Of a stretch of 64,000 nucleotides of DNA, positions 13,171 to 27,904 are shown piece after piece. How positions within the stretch are numbered: the stretch's first letter is position 1; the number at the start of each line of letters is the position of its first letter. A program made the translations under genes and the position numbers. The notes beneath the pieces are model-generated. The model searched no databases, was not told where the DNA came from, and worked only from the letters and a program-made list of their open reading frames with translations. Where the stretch lies: NCBI RefSeq assembly GCF_009914755.1, contig NC_060929.1; one strand, given 5' to 3'. This DNA comes from the human T2T-CHM13v2.0 reference genome, Homo sapiens.

Positions 13171-15939
13171 AGTTCTCTTATACAAAGTCACATGATCAGA
13201 CTTACTACTTTCTCCTTCAGTGTATTTCAGTGTATTTCATTTTTTCCTATGTGTAATCACCAAAACTGACTACAAAGTTTTCCTAAATAAAGTGACAAGT
13301 TCTTATCTAAAATAATCAAAATTCAAATAACTTTTAGGGGAAATCTTAATAAAGGATAACATTATTTTAAGGACATCCCTCAGAGCTCTAATGATAAATG
13401 AAATTATATTACATTTCTCAATAAAGAGGAAACTATGTTCTCCAAAGCACATAAAATTAGTTCCAAAATTAAAAATTCAGAAGTTAGACTTCAATGAATG
13501 CCATCAATTAATTTTTATAAAAGAACTAGAACCATTTTGAAAAAAAGTTCAATTGTCTTCTAAATGAAAATTAGATAAATAACTTCGTTTTATTGAGAAA
13601 AATTATTATGATCTGAGAGACAGACCTAGCAGGCTTTTTAGGCTTCAATTAAAAACATTAATTCTCCAGGGTAGTCCACCAAATCTTTAATCCACAAATG
13701 AGCAGAGCTCAAAGAGTATTTCACCTATAGAGCAAAGGAGCAGTAGTTGACAATGATGCTTCTTTATATTTGTGATTCCATTGCCTTCAGCAATAATGAT
13801 TTAAAAAAAAATACTCTGACAATGATCAAATAAATATTTAAGTTCTTAAAGGCTCCAGGTACTATTTTGTAAATTGTACCCCACAATTGAGAATCTGATG
13901 GAACCTTAAAACACTGAACATGTTTCCCATGTGATTTACACTTTCCCAAACTTCAGTTGCAATCTTCTAACCACTTGAAAAGTCTCCACCTGTTCAATTC
14001 TTCATACAATGAATTAAGAATGAAAAGAGCTGCTCTTTGTTACTATGTTGTTGGCACAGAAATTTATAAAGATGCTAAGATACTGTGTAGATTATTGATC
14101 CTCTATACCTGAGAATCTGACCAGTAATACAAAAAAGACACAGAATTTCAGCCCTTTTACAGTTATTTTTTTCTTTTGCATTTTCATTTTCACTACTTTT
14201 CTTTGAACTACATATAGGAATGTAACAATAAGGAATTTTTGTATGCCTGGCTATCCTGTTCATGACTCTATTTTTTTTCATTACCAAAAAGCATTTTACA
14301 GTGTGCATTAAAATAATTTAAGGAACTAGAAACACCTTATGAATGCTACAGAACAATTTATGATAGAGCTAAAAGTGACCAACTCACTTGTTCCTATTTT
14401 CTCAATGGTTCAAATAGCCCAAATCCCAAACATATTCCAACCAAAACAAAATGGAAGAGCCATTTTCAGTGCAGTGTCACTCATTTTTTTTGCTTTTTTT
14501 TTTTTAAGACATGGAAGCATTTGCCAAAATGGGATCTCTGTAATAACAAACCACAGGAAAAAAAAAAAAAGTAAAACATCTCTGCACAGTGATGGTATAC
14601 TATTACATTTAGCCTACCCACGCAAATTGGTCCCAGCAGTTTTCTCTTTAATTCATGATTTATGGAAACATCTGAGATTATAAAATTAACCAAACAAAAA
14701 CAGATGCTGTAATTGTGAGGGGCCCAATTCTTGGATGAATACCAGAGCTAAACATTAGTATATGGAGTGGAAACATTTTAACTTAAGTTCTTATATATCA
14801 GTTCACAAGCTGATGTAAATATTCCACATGAAAATAACTATCTAAACAGCTTGGAGAAATAAAATTATGTTCACATAAGTGGCCCATTTTTCTCTCCTTC
14901 AAAAGGAAGGCAAGGCTATTAAAATGATAATTTCCTCAAGTTTTTTAATTAATAATATAAAATCTCCCACCTATATTTACAACTTCTAGGAAAGAGAGGG
15001 AGGAAGCATATCTTAGATACAACTCCCAAATTGTGCTTTTATATTACTCTGGGGCGATACATAATAACTCCATTGCCACGTAGTTTGCATATTTATTGCA
15101 GAAGACCCATTCTGAGCAGTATTTAGCATTCGGTCAGAAAGAGCTCCAACTGAAAGGAAAAAGAACACCTTTGCCTTTGAAGTAAGAGTAACTATTTAAA
15201 GGTAGTAGAAAATGTCTTTCTAGACTAGACTACCCCTAGACATTGTAAAAGCCCTGGAAATTATCCCTAGGAAAGAGAGCTATAAAAAAATGAAGTTTGC
15301 TGGTTGTGTTTCCATTTAAGGTCTGGGTGTGGTTGTAGCAACTGACTCCTTGTGGCTACGCCTTTGCAGAGACTGCTTTTAAAGTATAAATACAAAGGAA
15401 ATTAGAGACTTAAAACCAGTCAAAAATGTGTTCTTTTTAGGAATGAAAGGCCTTTAAGTGATCTAAGATGCTTTTTCTGTAAAGCAGTAGGTTTCTTTGA
15501 ATACAAGAACACATGGCAAAGGCTATGGTTCTAAGACTGGGGAAAAGGACTTTGTAAACACACTCAGAGAAATGTCAGGATAATACCTCCAGGGGACTTC
15601 GGCCAAGATTTGTTTATTGGATTTCCACAATTGAACCAATCATGATTAAATTGCCTTAGGGCAAAAGTTCAAAGGGCTAACAATCAGAATGCATAAAAAG
15701 TAGAACAACTGGCATATATTAAAATAAACAAGATGTCATGTAAAGAGATGTGTCTTTCAATTCTTTACAGTTCGGCTTGTAGAAGGTCATTAAACAAGGA
15801 ATAATGTGGGGAACAAAGAATCCCACAAACAAGAGCCATCCACAAAGTCTAATTCCTTCTTGAGTTCTTTACAGATGAAATGTGGTAACTGTTAGCTAGA
15901 GCCCTCCAGCTGATTTATATTTCTATGAAGTTAAATAGG

Positions 15940-16180
15940 CAGTGTTTCCCACAGTCTATTCCAGAGAACATGAAATCCATGGAATGTTAATAAACATTGG
16001 CAACCCACTCTCTTTCCCTACCAAGGTGATTCATCCAGGAAACATGGATTTAAACCTGGTTACCAGGTTCTCTATTTTCCTAGAATCTAGGCTTTCAAAG
16101 CTTATTTGATCCCAGAAACCTCTTTTCTTAGTAGAATCTTGCAGGAATAGTGTTCATTAGAATACACTGGGAGAAACACA
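15940..16180. mobile_element. MER103-like hAT-Charlie MITE
   Basis: Inverted termini cagtgtttcccacagtctattcc ... gaatacactgggagaaacac. Confidence 0.5.
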
Positions 16181-16367
16181 AACCTAAGTGGACTAGTGTA
16201 CAAGTTTCATACTAGGCCCAAAGGTGAAGAAAGCTAGTGGTGGGTCCGTGGTAGGTCCATGCTGGCCCCCAAGTCCCAGGCAGTGCATTTTTCCTCCACC
16301 TAAAGAGCCCAGACCCTCATGCTCTTCTCTGTCAAAGGTGGATCTGACTCAGCTTAAAATACGGTAA

Positions 16368-17010
16368 TGTACGGGCAAAGGGAAATTTTCCCCTTCACCC
16401 TCTACACGTTTGCCTAAAAATCAGCTCACAAAAGGCAGACATATGGATAAAAGGGATACAGATTTACTTAATGTCTATATACGGGAGACTTTGTGTCTAT
16501 GTGTAGGAGACTTCAGAATGAAAACCCAAAGCTATAGGAGAAATTGTCCATTTTCATGCTTAGGTTCAACAAAGTGTGGAAGCTGTGTAGAAAGATGATT
16601 GGACAAAAGGCCATGATCTAATGCTAATGGACTGAGCGGGGAAACCCAGCAAGGCCTGTCTAGATTCCTGTTGCCCTCTCCAAGCACACATTCCTTCCTT
16701 CTGGGTGTGGAGCAGGACCCTCTCTGAAATGGGAATCTTATTATCTATAGTCAAACAAGGTAGGCCAGATAATTTGTTGATGGCCAGTTTTTACACAGAA
16801 AGTCAGGGGAAAGTTAGAGTAATAATTTTAGGTTTTATGGCTGGCTTTTGTTTTGGTTTCTGTGACATGCCTAGGGGAAGAGAGATTCTAGTTTCTATGA
16901 CCAGCATCAGGGGAGAATGAAACTGAGAGACAGGAGGGCAGGAGAAGATCAGAGAAAAACTTTTGCTTCTGAGGCCTTCAATTTGCAGTATTGTTTTCTG
17001 AGCCCTAATA
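16368..17010 (-). mobile_element. MER4-group ERV1 solo LTR with 4-bp TSD
   Basis: Termini tgta.../...ttttctgagccctaata; TSD GTAA at 16364-16367 and 17011-17014; 'aaatcagctcacaaaaggcagac' motif shared with MER4-group LTRs. Confidence 0.75.
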
Positions 17011-18260
17011 GTAAAAATGTGTGATGATAGCTTGAGAGTTTTCTTTTGCAAATACATTTGCATAGTAACAGAACAGAAACTTTGATGTGAGAGAATCAAA
17101 TTCTTAGAGATATTTTAGGCAAGCAAATAAGACAATGTTTGGGAAACTAATGTATCTATTTCCAGGATCCTTGTCCCATGCACCAGGGATAGTCAAATAT
17201 GACAGTGACCCAGTCCAAGCTATTGAGATCTTGCAAAGCCATAATTAGCATTTTGAACTGGACCTAGTGGTCTCTGAAGCACTTGTTTCCCAAATTCCTT
17301 GTATCTGAGCGATTCCTTGAGTCATCTGATTACAGAGTCACTGTGACTTTTATATTCAATCTTCTAATTTTCCACTCCAGAAAAGACTAGCATGCCTGAC
17401 ATTGCACAAGCCCCCTTTCACAGAGCAGCTCTTAAGAATTACATGATAGAAATTTCATCAATAATAGCCTTCTAATAACTTTCCTGTATCTCCGAGTTCT
17501 AATTCAAAATTTCAGCTCTAGTTCAAAATTTATTCTGCTCACAGAAGTATTGCAGAAAAGAGAGATAACATGTCATTTCATTTTTTCTTCTCCAAGCTCA
17601 ATATATCCATTCTTTGTATGGCAAAGCATCAGATCCCCCTTAATTCTAGATACCCTATTTTAGATATTAACCTGATTGTCAATGTCCCTTTTAAACTCAG
17701 CACCCCAAACCAAACTATTTATACCAAATTATATTCAGCATATGATAAAAGAGCTACACTGCCTTAATTTTCATTGTGTTGGGCTTCATTCATTCTCAAA
17801 GAACAATATTTAATATGTAGACAGATTCTTCCCAATAATTCACTAAGAAAAATTCCAGCAGTTCTCAATAGTCCTGTTATCCTGTTCCTCCTAAGATTCA
17901 TTTACAGAAAGAAAATAATATCACACCAGAATGAAAGCATGACAGCAGGAACTGGGTAGAAAATCAGTTCCTCAGGCATTGGAAAGAGAGTTTTTAAGAA
18001 CTTGCTGAATGGCTGTTTTGGTTTATGTAAGAATTGAGAAGGAGAGTAATGACATTTTGAGAGTATTGATCATGAATTTATTCACTAAAATGTGATTTAA
18101 GACATGAAAAACTATATACAAAGTAGATTTAAATTATGTTTTTTTCTGGACTTTGATAATTTAAATGTGACTTGCTGCAGAGATTGGATGACTGAGGTCT
18201 ATAAGATTTATAAGAGTTGACTAACTCAAAACATGAACCATCTATTAGAGGCTATAGTCT

Positions 18261-18580
18261 GATCAGGTGCAATGGCTTACGTCTATAATCCCAGCACTTT
18301 GGGAGGTCAAGGCAGGAGGATCACTTGAGCCCAGGAGTTAGAAAGCACACTGGGCAACATAAGGAGGCACTGTCTTTACAAAAAACTTAAGAACATTAGC
18401 TAAGCATGGTGCTTCCTGCCTGTGGTCCTAGCTATTCAGGAGGCTGAGGCAGGAGGATCTGTTGGGCCTGAGGGGTTGAGGCCATGATCATACCACTGCA
18501 ATGCAATCCAGTCAGGGTGACAGAGACCCTGTCCAAAAAAAAAAAAGAAGAAGAAAGGAAAAGAAAAGAAAGAAAGAGGC
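18261..18580 (+). mobile_element. AluJ
   Basis: J-type 'ggaggatcacttgagcccaggag', highly diverged, A/G-rich tail; approximate TSD ctatagtct / ctatggtct. Confidence 0.92.
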
Positions 18581-19054
18581 AAACTATGGTCTGTTTGGGG
18601 ATACAGAAAGAAAGGCACAGTCTCTGCCCTTTGGGACCTTACCATCTACCAGCAAAAGTGGGGAATGCAAACAAAAATGTCAATAAGAACATCAATATTA
18701 ATGTTCTTTGTGGCCAAATCACATTCTAGGCTCAAATACTAGATCTACTTTCAAAGATTTGCTGCCAAGTTGGCTTTATTTTCCCTTATATTTGCACAAT
18801 TGATATTTTTTATTTAAATGAAGAATATAGTTCTATTTTCTTTTTTTCCTATTTTCTAAAATGGCTGAGATTATTGAAATCATTTTTAGATTCAATTTTA
18901 CATATCTCTCGATGTGTTATTTCTTCCAGAATAAAGTCATCCTCAGTCACATTAGGTATGCCTTCACTGTGCATAGTGAAGACATTTCATGTGATAGAGG
19001 ACAAAGCTAAGGACAGTGAGCTGTGACCTCTGCTAATGTCCCCCCTCAGTGTTA

Positions 19055-19240
19055 ACCTTATGCTACATGATATAGTGCTTGGAGTTTAATGAATGATTTC
19101 ATATGTCTCATTTAGTCTCACAACAATCCTCCAAGGCAGGCTGGAAACTGAGACCTAGAGGGGTTAAACGGCATATTCAAAGTCAGGTCATTTGTAAATG
19201 ACAGAAACTACTTCTACTGATAAATACAGACTTCTTTCTA
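19055..19240 (-). mobile_element. MIR
   Basis: 'tctcatttagtctcacaacaatcc...ggaaactgagacctagaggggttaa...aagtcag'. Confidence 0.65.
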
Positions 19241-19460
19241 CTAAGCTACATCTGATGCTTCCCCAAACATCATTAACCAGTCCTTACAATTTACAATTGT
19301 AAAGTAGAAACCTCTTAGAATGTACTACATCCAACAACTTTATCTACAAAAATATCATGGGAAATAACCAAATGTTTGGCTAAAGAAAAGTATATCACAT
19401 GTGTATAGAAAATTCTCCTAATTTAGTATTCTGGGAACCCCTTTCACTACCATAATTTGT

Positions 19461-19515
19461 GGAAGTGACCTTAATTTGGCATAAATTAAGAGGAAGTGAC
19501 CTTAATTTGGCATAA
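19461..19515. repeat. Perfect 24-bp direct repeat, 2 copies, period 31
   Basis: ggaagtgaccttaatttggcataa at 19461-19484 and 19492-19515. Confidence 0.95.
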
Positions 19516-20119
19516 GTAGTTCTTAGTTAACTGACATTGGCTTCTAGAGATGGCCACATGTTTGTTAAGAATTCATAAACTATCTGATTGATGAAAATGT
19601 TCTAAAATATTCCTGGGAACTATATATCAAGTTCACTAGTCGGAAGTTTCTTTACTTACTTTTTTTAAATGTAGACTTGGGACTTCACATGTTTCTTTTT
19701 CATTTTCTGGCACCTTCCAATCATGCATGACTTTTCAAACATTGTTTGATTCTGAGATCACACCTGTATGATTCTTCCATAACCTGGACCCATGTTCATG
19801 GGATCCAGAATAATTTATTTCAATTAGTGACTCTCTCAACTAAATTGAGCAGAGATTCCCTCTTTAAATTGTTCTGCCCTTTCATAAAATAGCAACCCTT
19901 TACAATGTACTGCATGTGTTTCATATATACTAGATGCTAGGTACTCGAGATAATGATGTCACATGTACCAATGAAGAGTTGCAACCTAACATGGGAAAAA
20001 ACATGTATACAGCTAATCATAATGCAACAAGATAAAGCTCATAATAGAGATAAGTCAATGAGCCAAGAACAGGAAAAAGGAAAGGGAGGAAAGGGTAATT
20101 AATAGGAAGACTATTTTAT

Positions 20120-20248
20120 ATCTCAGTTTCTTAATCAGCAAAACAGTAATAATAGGCACCTTTCCTGGGAATTAAATTAGATATTTTCAAGTACTTATGA
20201 CAATGCCTTCCATATAAAAAGAGCTTAATAAATGTCAGCTGTTATTAG
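20120..20248 (+). mobile_element. MIR 3' part
   Basis: 'tctcagtttcttaatcagcaaaacagtaataatagg...gagcttaataaatgtcagctgttatt'. Confidence 0.6.
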
Positions 20249-21006
20249 TCTGGATTCTTGGTATATTAAGAAGCATCAAAGGACTGAATAATTGGAAATT
20301 CTTTATATTCTTTGCCCATCCATAGGACCCATGTATGCACGGGCAGATTTGGAATCCACTTTAGGAAAACTTTCTAAAATTTAGTATTATTCAAAATGCT
20401 AACAGTAAAATGATTCACTCCTTCTCATGCATACAGCCCAAGGAGATGCTGAATGATCAGCTGTTACGGTTTTGTGCATTCAGTTAGAGGCTGCATTAGC
20501 TCTGGAATGACAAAGATGTCACTTCAGATCAGTTGATATTGGCTAACTGAAATACTATGAATATGAAACTGTGCTTGGCTCAGTGGAAAACAGTAGCCAT
20601 TCTATTCCTGACAACAGGAGGGGAGGTGATGGCATCAATGTCATTTAATTGCTGACCCTGGACTAGATGTTTTCTACTAGAAAGGAGCCTGGCGGAAGAC
20701 CTGCCCAGTTAGCTGTGAGGTTCAACCAACAGTGGCTGCTTTGAGGTTTGTCTCGGCATTCCAGGGTACTACACTGTCCAAGCGGTGTTCACATAGCTGT
20801 TAGTATCACAAGTCTAAGAAGTAACAGAGTTTCTTAAGGTATCCAGAAAGTAAATGCTCAAATGCTAGGCAGAAAGACAGTGAGCATCTTGGTTATTTTC
20901 TTATTACAAAATTTGTTCATTCACTAAGCAATTACTGGGCCATGTCATTTTAGGAATTGGCCATAGAATAAAGAATAAGAAAAACAAAGCCCATACATTC
21001 ATGATA

Positions 21007-21343
21007 CAGTCATCCCTCAGTATCCTTGGGGGATTAATTCCAGGACACCCCTACCCTAGCAGACACCAAAATCAGTGGATGTTCAAGTTCACTATATAAA
21101 ATGACATTGTATTTACATATAACATACACACATTCTCCTGCATACTATGAATCATCTTTAGATTACTTGTAATACCTAATATAATGCCTACATATCACTT
21201 CATTTTCATGAATCATGAAAATGTACTTGATGCCTGGCAAATTCTAGTTTTGGTTTTTTGGAACTTGGTGGGGTTATTTTTCCCCAAATATCTTAGATCC
21301 ATGGTTGGTTGAATTCATGGATGCAGGTAGGAATGGCTGACTA
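21007..21343 (+). mobile_element. MER2 (TcMar-Tigger) MITE inside an L2 remnant
   Basis: ta|cagtcatccctcagtatcc...ggctgacta|ta; internal 'ccaaaatcagtggatgttcaagt' and 'tagattacttgtaatacctaat'. Confidence 0.88.
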
Positions 21344-21948
21344 TACTTACATTTAGTTGGAGGAAGACAGTAAAAAATAAGTAATCAAACCAGGAAGTAT
21401 AAAGAAATGCTTAAGTACAATAAAGAAAATATAACCAAGTGACATGAAATATAGTGATAAGGCTATTGGGGTGAGGTTCAAAGACTCCACTATTCAGGGA
21501 TAAGAATGACAAATACAAGGCAGGGACCTAGAAGGAAGCTGAGACATCTGGTGAGATATTGGGAAAAAGGTAGGAATACAGGTAGAATCTTAGATCTATG
21601 ACCACAAGTGGATGAGGGACTCGGGAACTTAGGCAAAAGAAGAACACTTAACAGAACTGGGATTAGAAGAAGCAACATGTTCATCACTGAGCATAGGATG
21701 AAACTAATTGCAATGGAAGAATTTAAAGGTCGACATCAGGGCATCAAATGGCATTGAAGGAGTAGGCAGAGTGGGCCAACTAAAGTTCCTTCTCCAAAGG
21801 GTTGTAGTTTAACTTTCTGCTCCAGTTAAGATTGATCTGGGGTATGGATATTCTTACTGCTGGGCCAGATGAATGAAGATCAGGAGATGTAGCCTGGCAT
21901 TTTACATCTATTGGGTCCCATGATTCTATTCTGAAGACTCTAATTTGA

Positions 21949-22355
<407 letters not shown>

Positions 22356-22798
22356 TCAGCTGGATATTCTAATTGTACATTCAATCCTGGCTTCCCTTGA
22401 GTCAGTTCCTGGGCTGGTATAAGAAACGCAATTCCCTGAATCAGCTGCAGGAGAATACCATAAATGACAGTTTGGCTGGGCAGATGTTCGACAAGAGATG
22501 ATGCATTTTCTTTTGATGTAAAACCTTTATTTTTCAATCCTGTTAAGTTAGCAACCATAAGCAATATTTTTATAAAGGCTCTAGATGTTGTATCTCCTGT
22601 TAAAAACAGATGGTCGAAAATAACTTCTACATGTGAATGTCCTGGAAAATTCTAAATTTTCCAAATGGTGAGAGATAATACTTACAAAAATTTAAATATT
22701 TTAATAAACATATATCATATATACTATTGACTTGGAAATATTATTTCAATCCAAAAACTCTGACTAGAGATTGGGGCAGGAAGATAATAAGTTAACTT

Positions 22799-23144
<346 letters not shown>

Positions 23145-26100
23145 TAAGCAGTCCAAGAAAAAAAATAGCAAAATTAAATAATGGATTAAACGCAAGTTAA
23201 AATCTGTTTGTGGTATGTCTCCACCCATCTTTATTTTAGAGTGAATTACAATGGAAAAAAAATTTTCACAGACCAGCTGTCTCACAGTCTAGGCATGAAA
23301 GAAAGTGTGGTTCTGAAACTTTGGCAGTCCTGTCTAGGAAATTGTTTTAAGGGTCAGTTCTATCAATATCCTATAACAAGAGAGGGAGACAGAGGCTCTT
23401 TTGATGGAAGTACAGAATAAAATAGAAAACATGTAAAGTTCACTTGGCCAAAAACTTGATTGAGCTTAATGCTTTATACCAAGTGTTGGTTTGGAACATT
23501 CATATTTTAATATTTGCTCAAAGTTTATTTTCTATTTTCAACAAGCATTTATTACTTATTTACTTACCGGACATTATATTCTGTTACGTTCTATGAAGGA
23601 TAAAAAGGCAAAACTCATCCCAGTCCTGAAAAGGCCCTTTGCATATGTTCCATGCTCTGTAGTATAGGACATACTTGGTGCCACCAACCAAGGTGGGTGT
23701 TAAAGCCTCAGGTGCATGGAGAAGCTTTAACTTTCACATTATCTCCACCAATCACCAAAACCTGCCCTGAAAATCCAAAATGTGAGTAAAGGTAGCGTGC
23801 TTGCTATGCAAATACAGTTTGAATACATTCCCTTGTCCTCTCTTCCAAACTTTGGTATCTGTACGCCCCTAGTTGTAGAAATTCTAGACCCTTCAATATC
23901 TAAGCCGAGGATCATTTACTGCACAGCAGAGAAAGGGTTAGAAAAAAAGGCATGAATAAAATGTAGGAAAGTCTCAGAGAGGAAGTATGACTTGAGTGTT
24001 ACTTTGTGGCTCTATCGGATTTCCACAAGTAGGGATGAGGGCAGGCTGAAAAACCGGCAAGAGCAAAGTTTGTATGGACAGTAAAGAGTAAGGAGAACAA
24101 GCAGGAAGAATCAGGAAGATCGGTATGACTCAAAATTTGGCATGATCTCTGGGGCACACCTCAAATTATACCTGGAGCGGAGTTGTACTCCAGAAAACCC
24201 TCCAAAGCTTAGGATACCTGGTAGGAAGAAAGATGGAGTGAAAATTAACATTAGAAATGTGAAAAGGGTCACGACTTGGAATTCCTGATTGTCTGACCTA
24301 GAAGTATAAAGAATATTCTGTGTACATTTGGCTACTACTAAAGATTTGATCTATACATTTATACAATAGTTATTTAAAGTATGTGGTTTGATGTGGAACA
24401 AGGAGGGACTGAGAGAGAGGAATGGTCAGGATATCTACACTGTTTATTTTGTCCCAATGAAAGTTCATTACAACCTCAACTAGAACGCTCATGATGGGGC
24501 AGAAAATGGGAAAAATGTAACAGCAGAAAAGAGGATGAATCGATGAGATTCTGCAGCTTAATGCGTTTGGAAAGAGATTATGATCTGATGTTTTTGAATC
24601 TTGGAAGTCATTTGGCAATGTGGTACATACATAAAGAAAAGCATATTTTGGTGCAAGAGTTGGATATCCATGAAGGAGTTAAGATGACTGATTAGGTTTA
24701 GGACATGTACATTTAAATGACCTACAAGTAAATGTAACCCTCAGACAAATGCAGATGAGGCTTTGAAATCAATATCAATAAAGAGTTTAGTTCAACCACT
24801 TGTCTTTTGTTAACTTCTCTTAGTGGTTTGGAGACCAAGTAAATACATCACATAAATGAGGCGCTGCTTGTCTTGGAAACATCTGTACTGAAGTTCATCT
24901 CAGGAGTATTACACTTTGGGTTATGACTAGATATAAATTCCATGACCAGAATTCCCAGCAATGCCTTCATCACTGGTAGCCACTTCCCAGAGATCTAAAG
25001 GATTTGGGTGTTTCTAGTTCCCAGAGTCTCTGGGAGAATCCTTTCCATAGTTCCTCTGTCAGAATTAGACAAACCACGAACCAACCTGGGATCAAGTCTC
25101 AACAGATCCAAGCAGAACTGTTCCTGAACTGAGTTCACAAGGGCCTGCATAATACTCACTCTGGTCACTTTCAGTCTAAGAGTAAATAAGCAGCCACCAC
25201 TAAGTAGCAACATTAGCTAAACACCGAGCTTGTAAGAAATCCGAAGTAAGGTGAGGTCAGGGAACAGATGCATGGATTTGGATGCTTTATAGTCCCTTTA
25301 AACTTCTGAAAGGGGAAGGTGGTAACACAGAACAGTTCAACATTTGACCAACCATTGAATGTCCACCATTTTTTGAAAAATCAAAGTAATTATATGAATA
25401 GTCTCTGACTGTGGCACTGGCTTCTAATTTTTGCTTCAGGATAATTCACTGTTGCCTGTGCCTCAAATTTCTTAACTGCGGATAATAATACTGATTGCTC
25501 CCTAATGAGAGGAAAAATAAAATAAAAGCTTTTTCTGAATAGAAAGTATTCTGTAAGAACTAAATAATGATAACGTCCTCTCCAGTGTGTATGTATTGGT
25601 GAATGCTTTTTGACTTTGCTATCTTTCTTGGGGGACTATTCACAGAGACTTGTATATATGTGTCTTTTTCTATTGCTTCATTTGTCTTTCTCTTTCTACT
25701 GTAATAGCCCTGTCTCCAGTTCTCACTTCCACTGATATCAGAAAAATGTCTCCCTGTTGCTGTGTCCGCAGCTTCCTTCCCGCAGATCTCTCCATCTCTG
25801 TTAGTCCATCGTATTTAATTTCATGCTCTCTACAGACCTTCCCCTATTCTGTCATAGATCTTACTTTGAAAAACCTATTGTGCTTTTTAGGTTCTCTCCT
25901 CAACCCTCACTTGTCCACCTCTCTGACATCTCATTTTCTTTCACTGCTCTCCAATGTGCCTCACTCTGCCTTTATTTAATACTACAGAAAGAGTAAAGTG
26001 GGAAAGGGTGAGCTTATAAATTATAGAAAGAACCAATCTTTCCACTACTAAAATGGTCTTCTACTGATCTAATTTGTCAATATATTGTTTAGTACCTCAC

Positions 26101-26920
26101 AAAATTGGACATGCACAATAGGTAGTAAAAATTGACCAAATTGGGAGACATAAATTCCCTCTGATTGCAGGCGCAAGAAGTGGAAATCCATATGCTGAAG
26201 TAGAAAAATATTGATGGAGGCACATTTGCTTAAGGGCTTAAAATTATATTACTGACATTTCAAAAAGTATTGGGTCCCAACTTCCAGGTGAGTTTTGGAG
26301 GATCTAGCAATGTGATTACAGTAAGAAATAAAACTTTTAAATACCCCTACCTATATGCTTATCCTTGTAAATGTCTACTGTTTATTATATGAATGTTGGA
26401 GAGATGTATAGGCATTTAGAAGGACCATGTAAACTAAATGTTTTGCAACTTAACATGATACAGACATGAGATTTGGAAATGAGTATTTACCAAAAAGACA
26501 AAGAAGCTCACCACAGGAGTTGCTGGAAATACAGTTATTCTGGGTGTACTGGATGTCCCTTATTTATGCTGCATTCTTGAGATGCAAATAGGGGTCTTTC
26601 ACATAAAACATACTTTGGCTAGCTTTTTGAGATTGGAATGCCTTTCCAATAACAAGTTATCAATAAGAAGTTCTAAAATGTTATGATCAGATCATCACCA
26701 CAGCTGTAACTTTAACTGAAATGTTCTTTTTTAGGCTGATTATCCACAGAAACTAGTTTACCATTTTAAATGACTTTTTAAGTCACAGATTATTTAAAGT
26801 GCACACAATAACAACAAAAACAAAGTAAACTATTTCACAATGGCTTGTGAGTATGGACCTAACCTGCATCTTTCTTCCAGTCTTTACTTTTCTCCTTATT
26901 GCTTCCTTTTTATTTCCTTT

Positions 26921-27294
26921 TGTATTAGTTCATTTTCACACTGCTATTTAAAAAAAAAAAACTGAGACTGGGTAATTTATAAAGAAAAGAGGTTTAATTG
27001 ACTCAAAGTTCCGCGTGTCTGGAGAGGCCTCAGGAAACTTACAATCATGGCAGACAGCAAAAGAAAAGCAAGCACCTTCTTACATGGCAGTAGGAGAGAG
27101 AGAAAGTGAGGGGGGAAATGCCAAACACTTTTAAGCCATCAGATCTTGTGAGAACTCCCTCACTATCACAAAGACAGCATGGAGGAAACTGCCCCCAAGA
27201 TCCAATCACCTCCCACTAGGTCCCTCCCTCAACACATGGGGATTACAATTTGACATGAGATTTGGGTGGGGACCCAGAGCCAAACCCCATATCA
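26921..27294 (-). mobile_element. MSTA/THE1D solo LTR with 5-bp TSD
   Basis: tgtattagt...catatca termini; TSD CCTTT at 26916-26920 and 27295-27299. Confidence 0.92.
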
Positions 27295-27862
27295 CCTTTC
27301 CTCTTCCCATTATTTTACAGTTTCTTGATAAACTTTAACTACATCGACTAATTTGTGATTCAAATTTATAATTGTTAATAGTGTTTTCTAACTCTGTTTT
27401 TATACACTTTCCTCCCATTCATTACAACTAATCAATGACTTATAAAATTCAGCAGGCTTGTGGCATGAGTTTTCCTGTTCCCACTAGACACTAAAATATG
27501 ACCCTTGAAATGACATCATTAGGTCGTCCGGAAGCAATCAGATTGCTGAAAACCAGAGAAGCCCTTACTGTCTAAAAAAAAAAAAAAAAGGTATATGAGG
27601 AAAATAAAGGAGTACTTCTTGGGAAAATGAAAAGGCAAAAGTATCATATCATAAATTATTCTTCCAAGTGCTCATTTTATTTTGTGTAATTTCCCTGAGC
27701 TTTAGGTTCTTGAAGACTGAGAACATAAAATAAGAAAAAACTGGGCTGTAGTAGAGAAAAGATTAAGTGAGGACACTGTACATTCATGACTCCTGTATAT
27801 AATAAAAGCACTTTCTGGGCAAAATTAAGACTGTTATCAGATATAGATGCACATGTACAGAT

Positions 27863-27904
27863 GATATATATATATATATGTGTATACGTATATATGTATA
27901 TATG
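27863..27904. repeat. (TA)n-type microsatellite
   Basis: Directly visible. Confidence 0.85.

Noticed and set aside
14339-14683. 114-aa ATG-initiated ORF in unique DNA
   Set aside because: Runs through poly-T and poly-A tracts with no recognisable domain; length is compatible with chance.
17300-17800. Possible L3/CR1 remnant (also about 26340-26760)
   Set aside because: Only faint motif similarity; needs an HMM search.
19461-19515. CRISPR-like direct repeats
   Set aside because: Only two copies with a 7-bp spacer in a eukaryotic context; kept as a local duplication.
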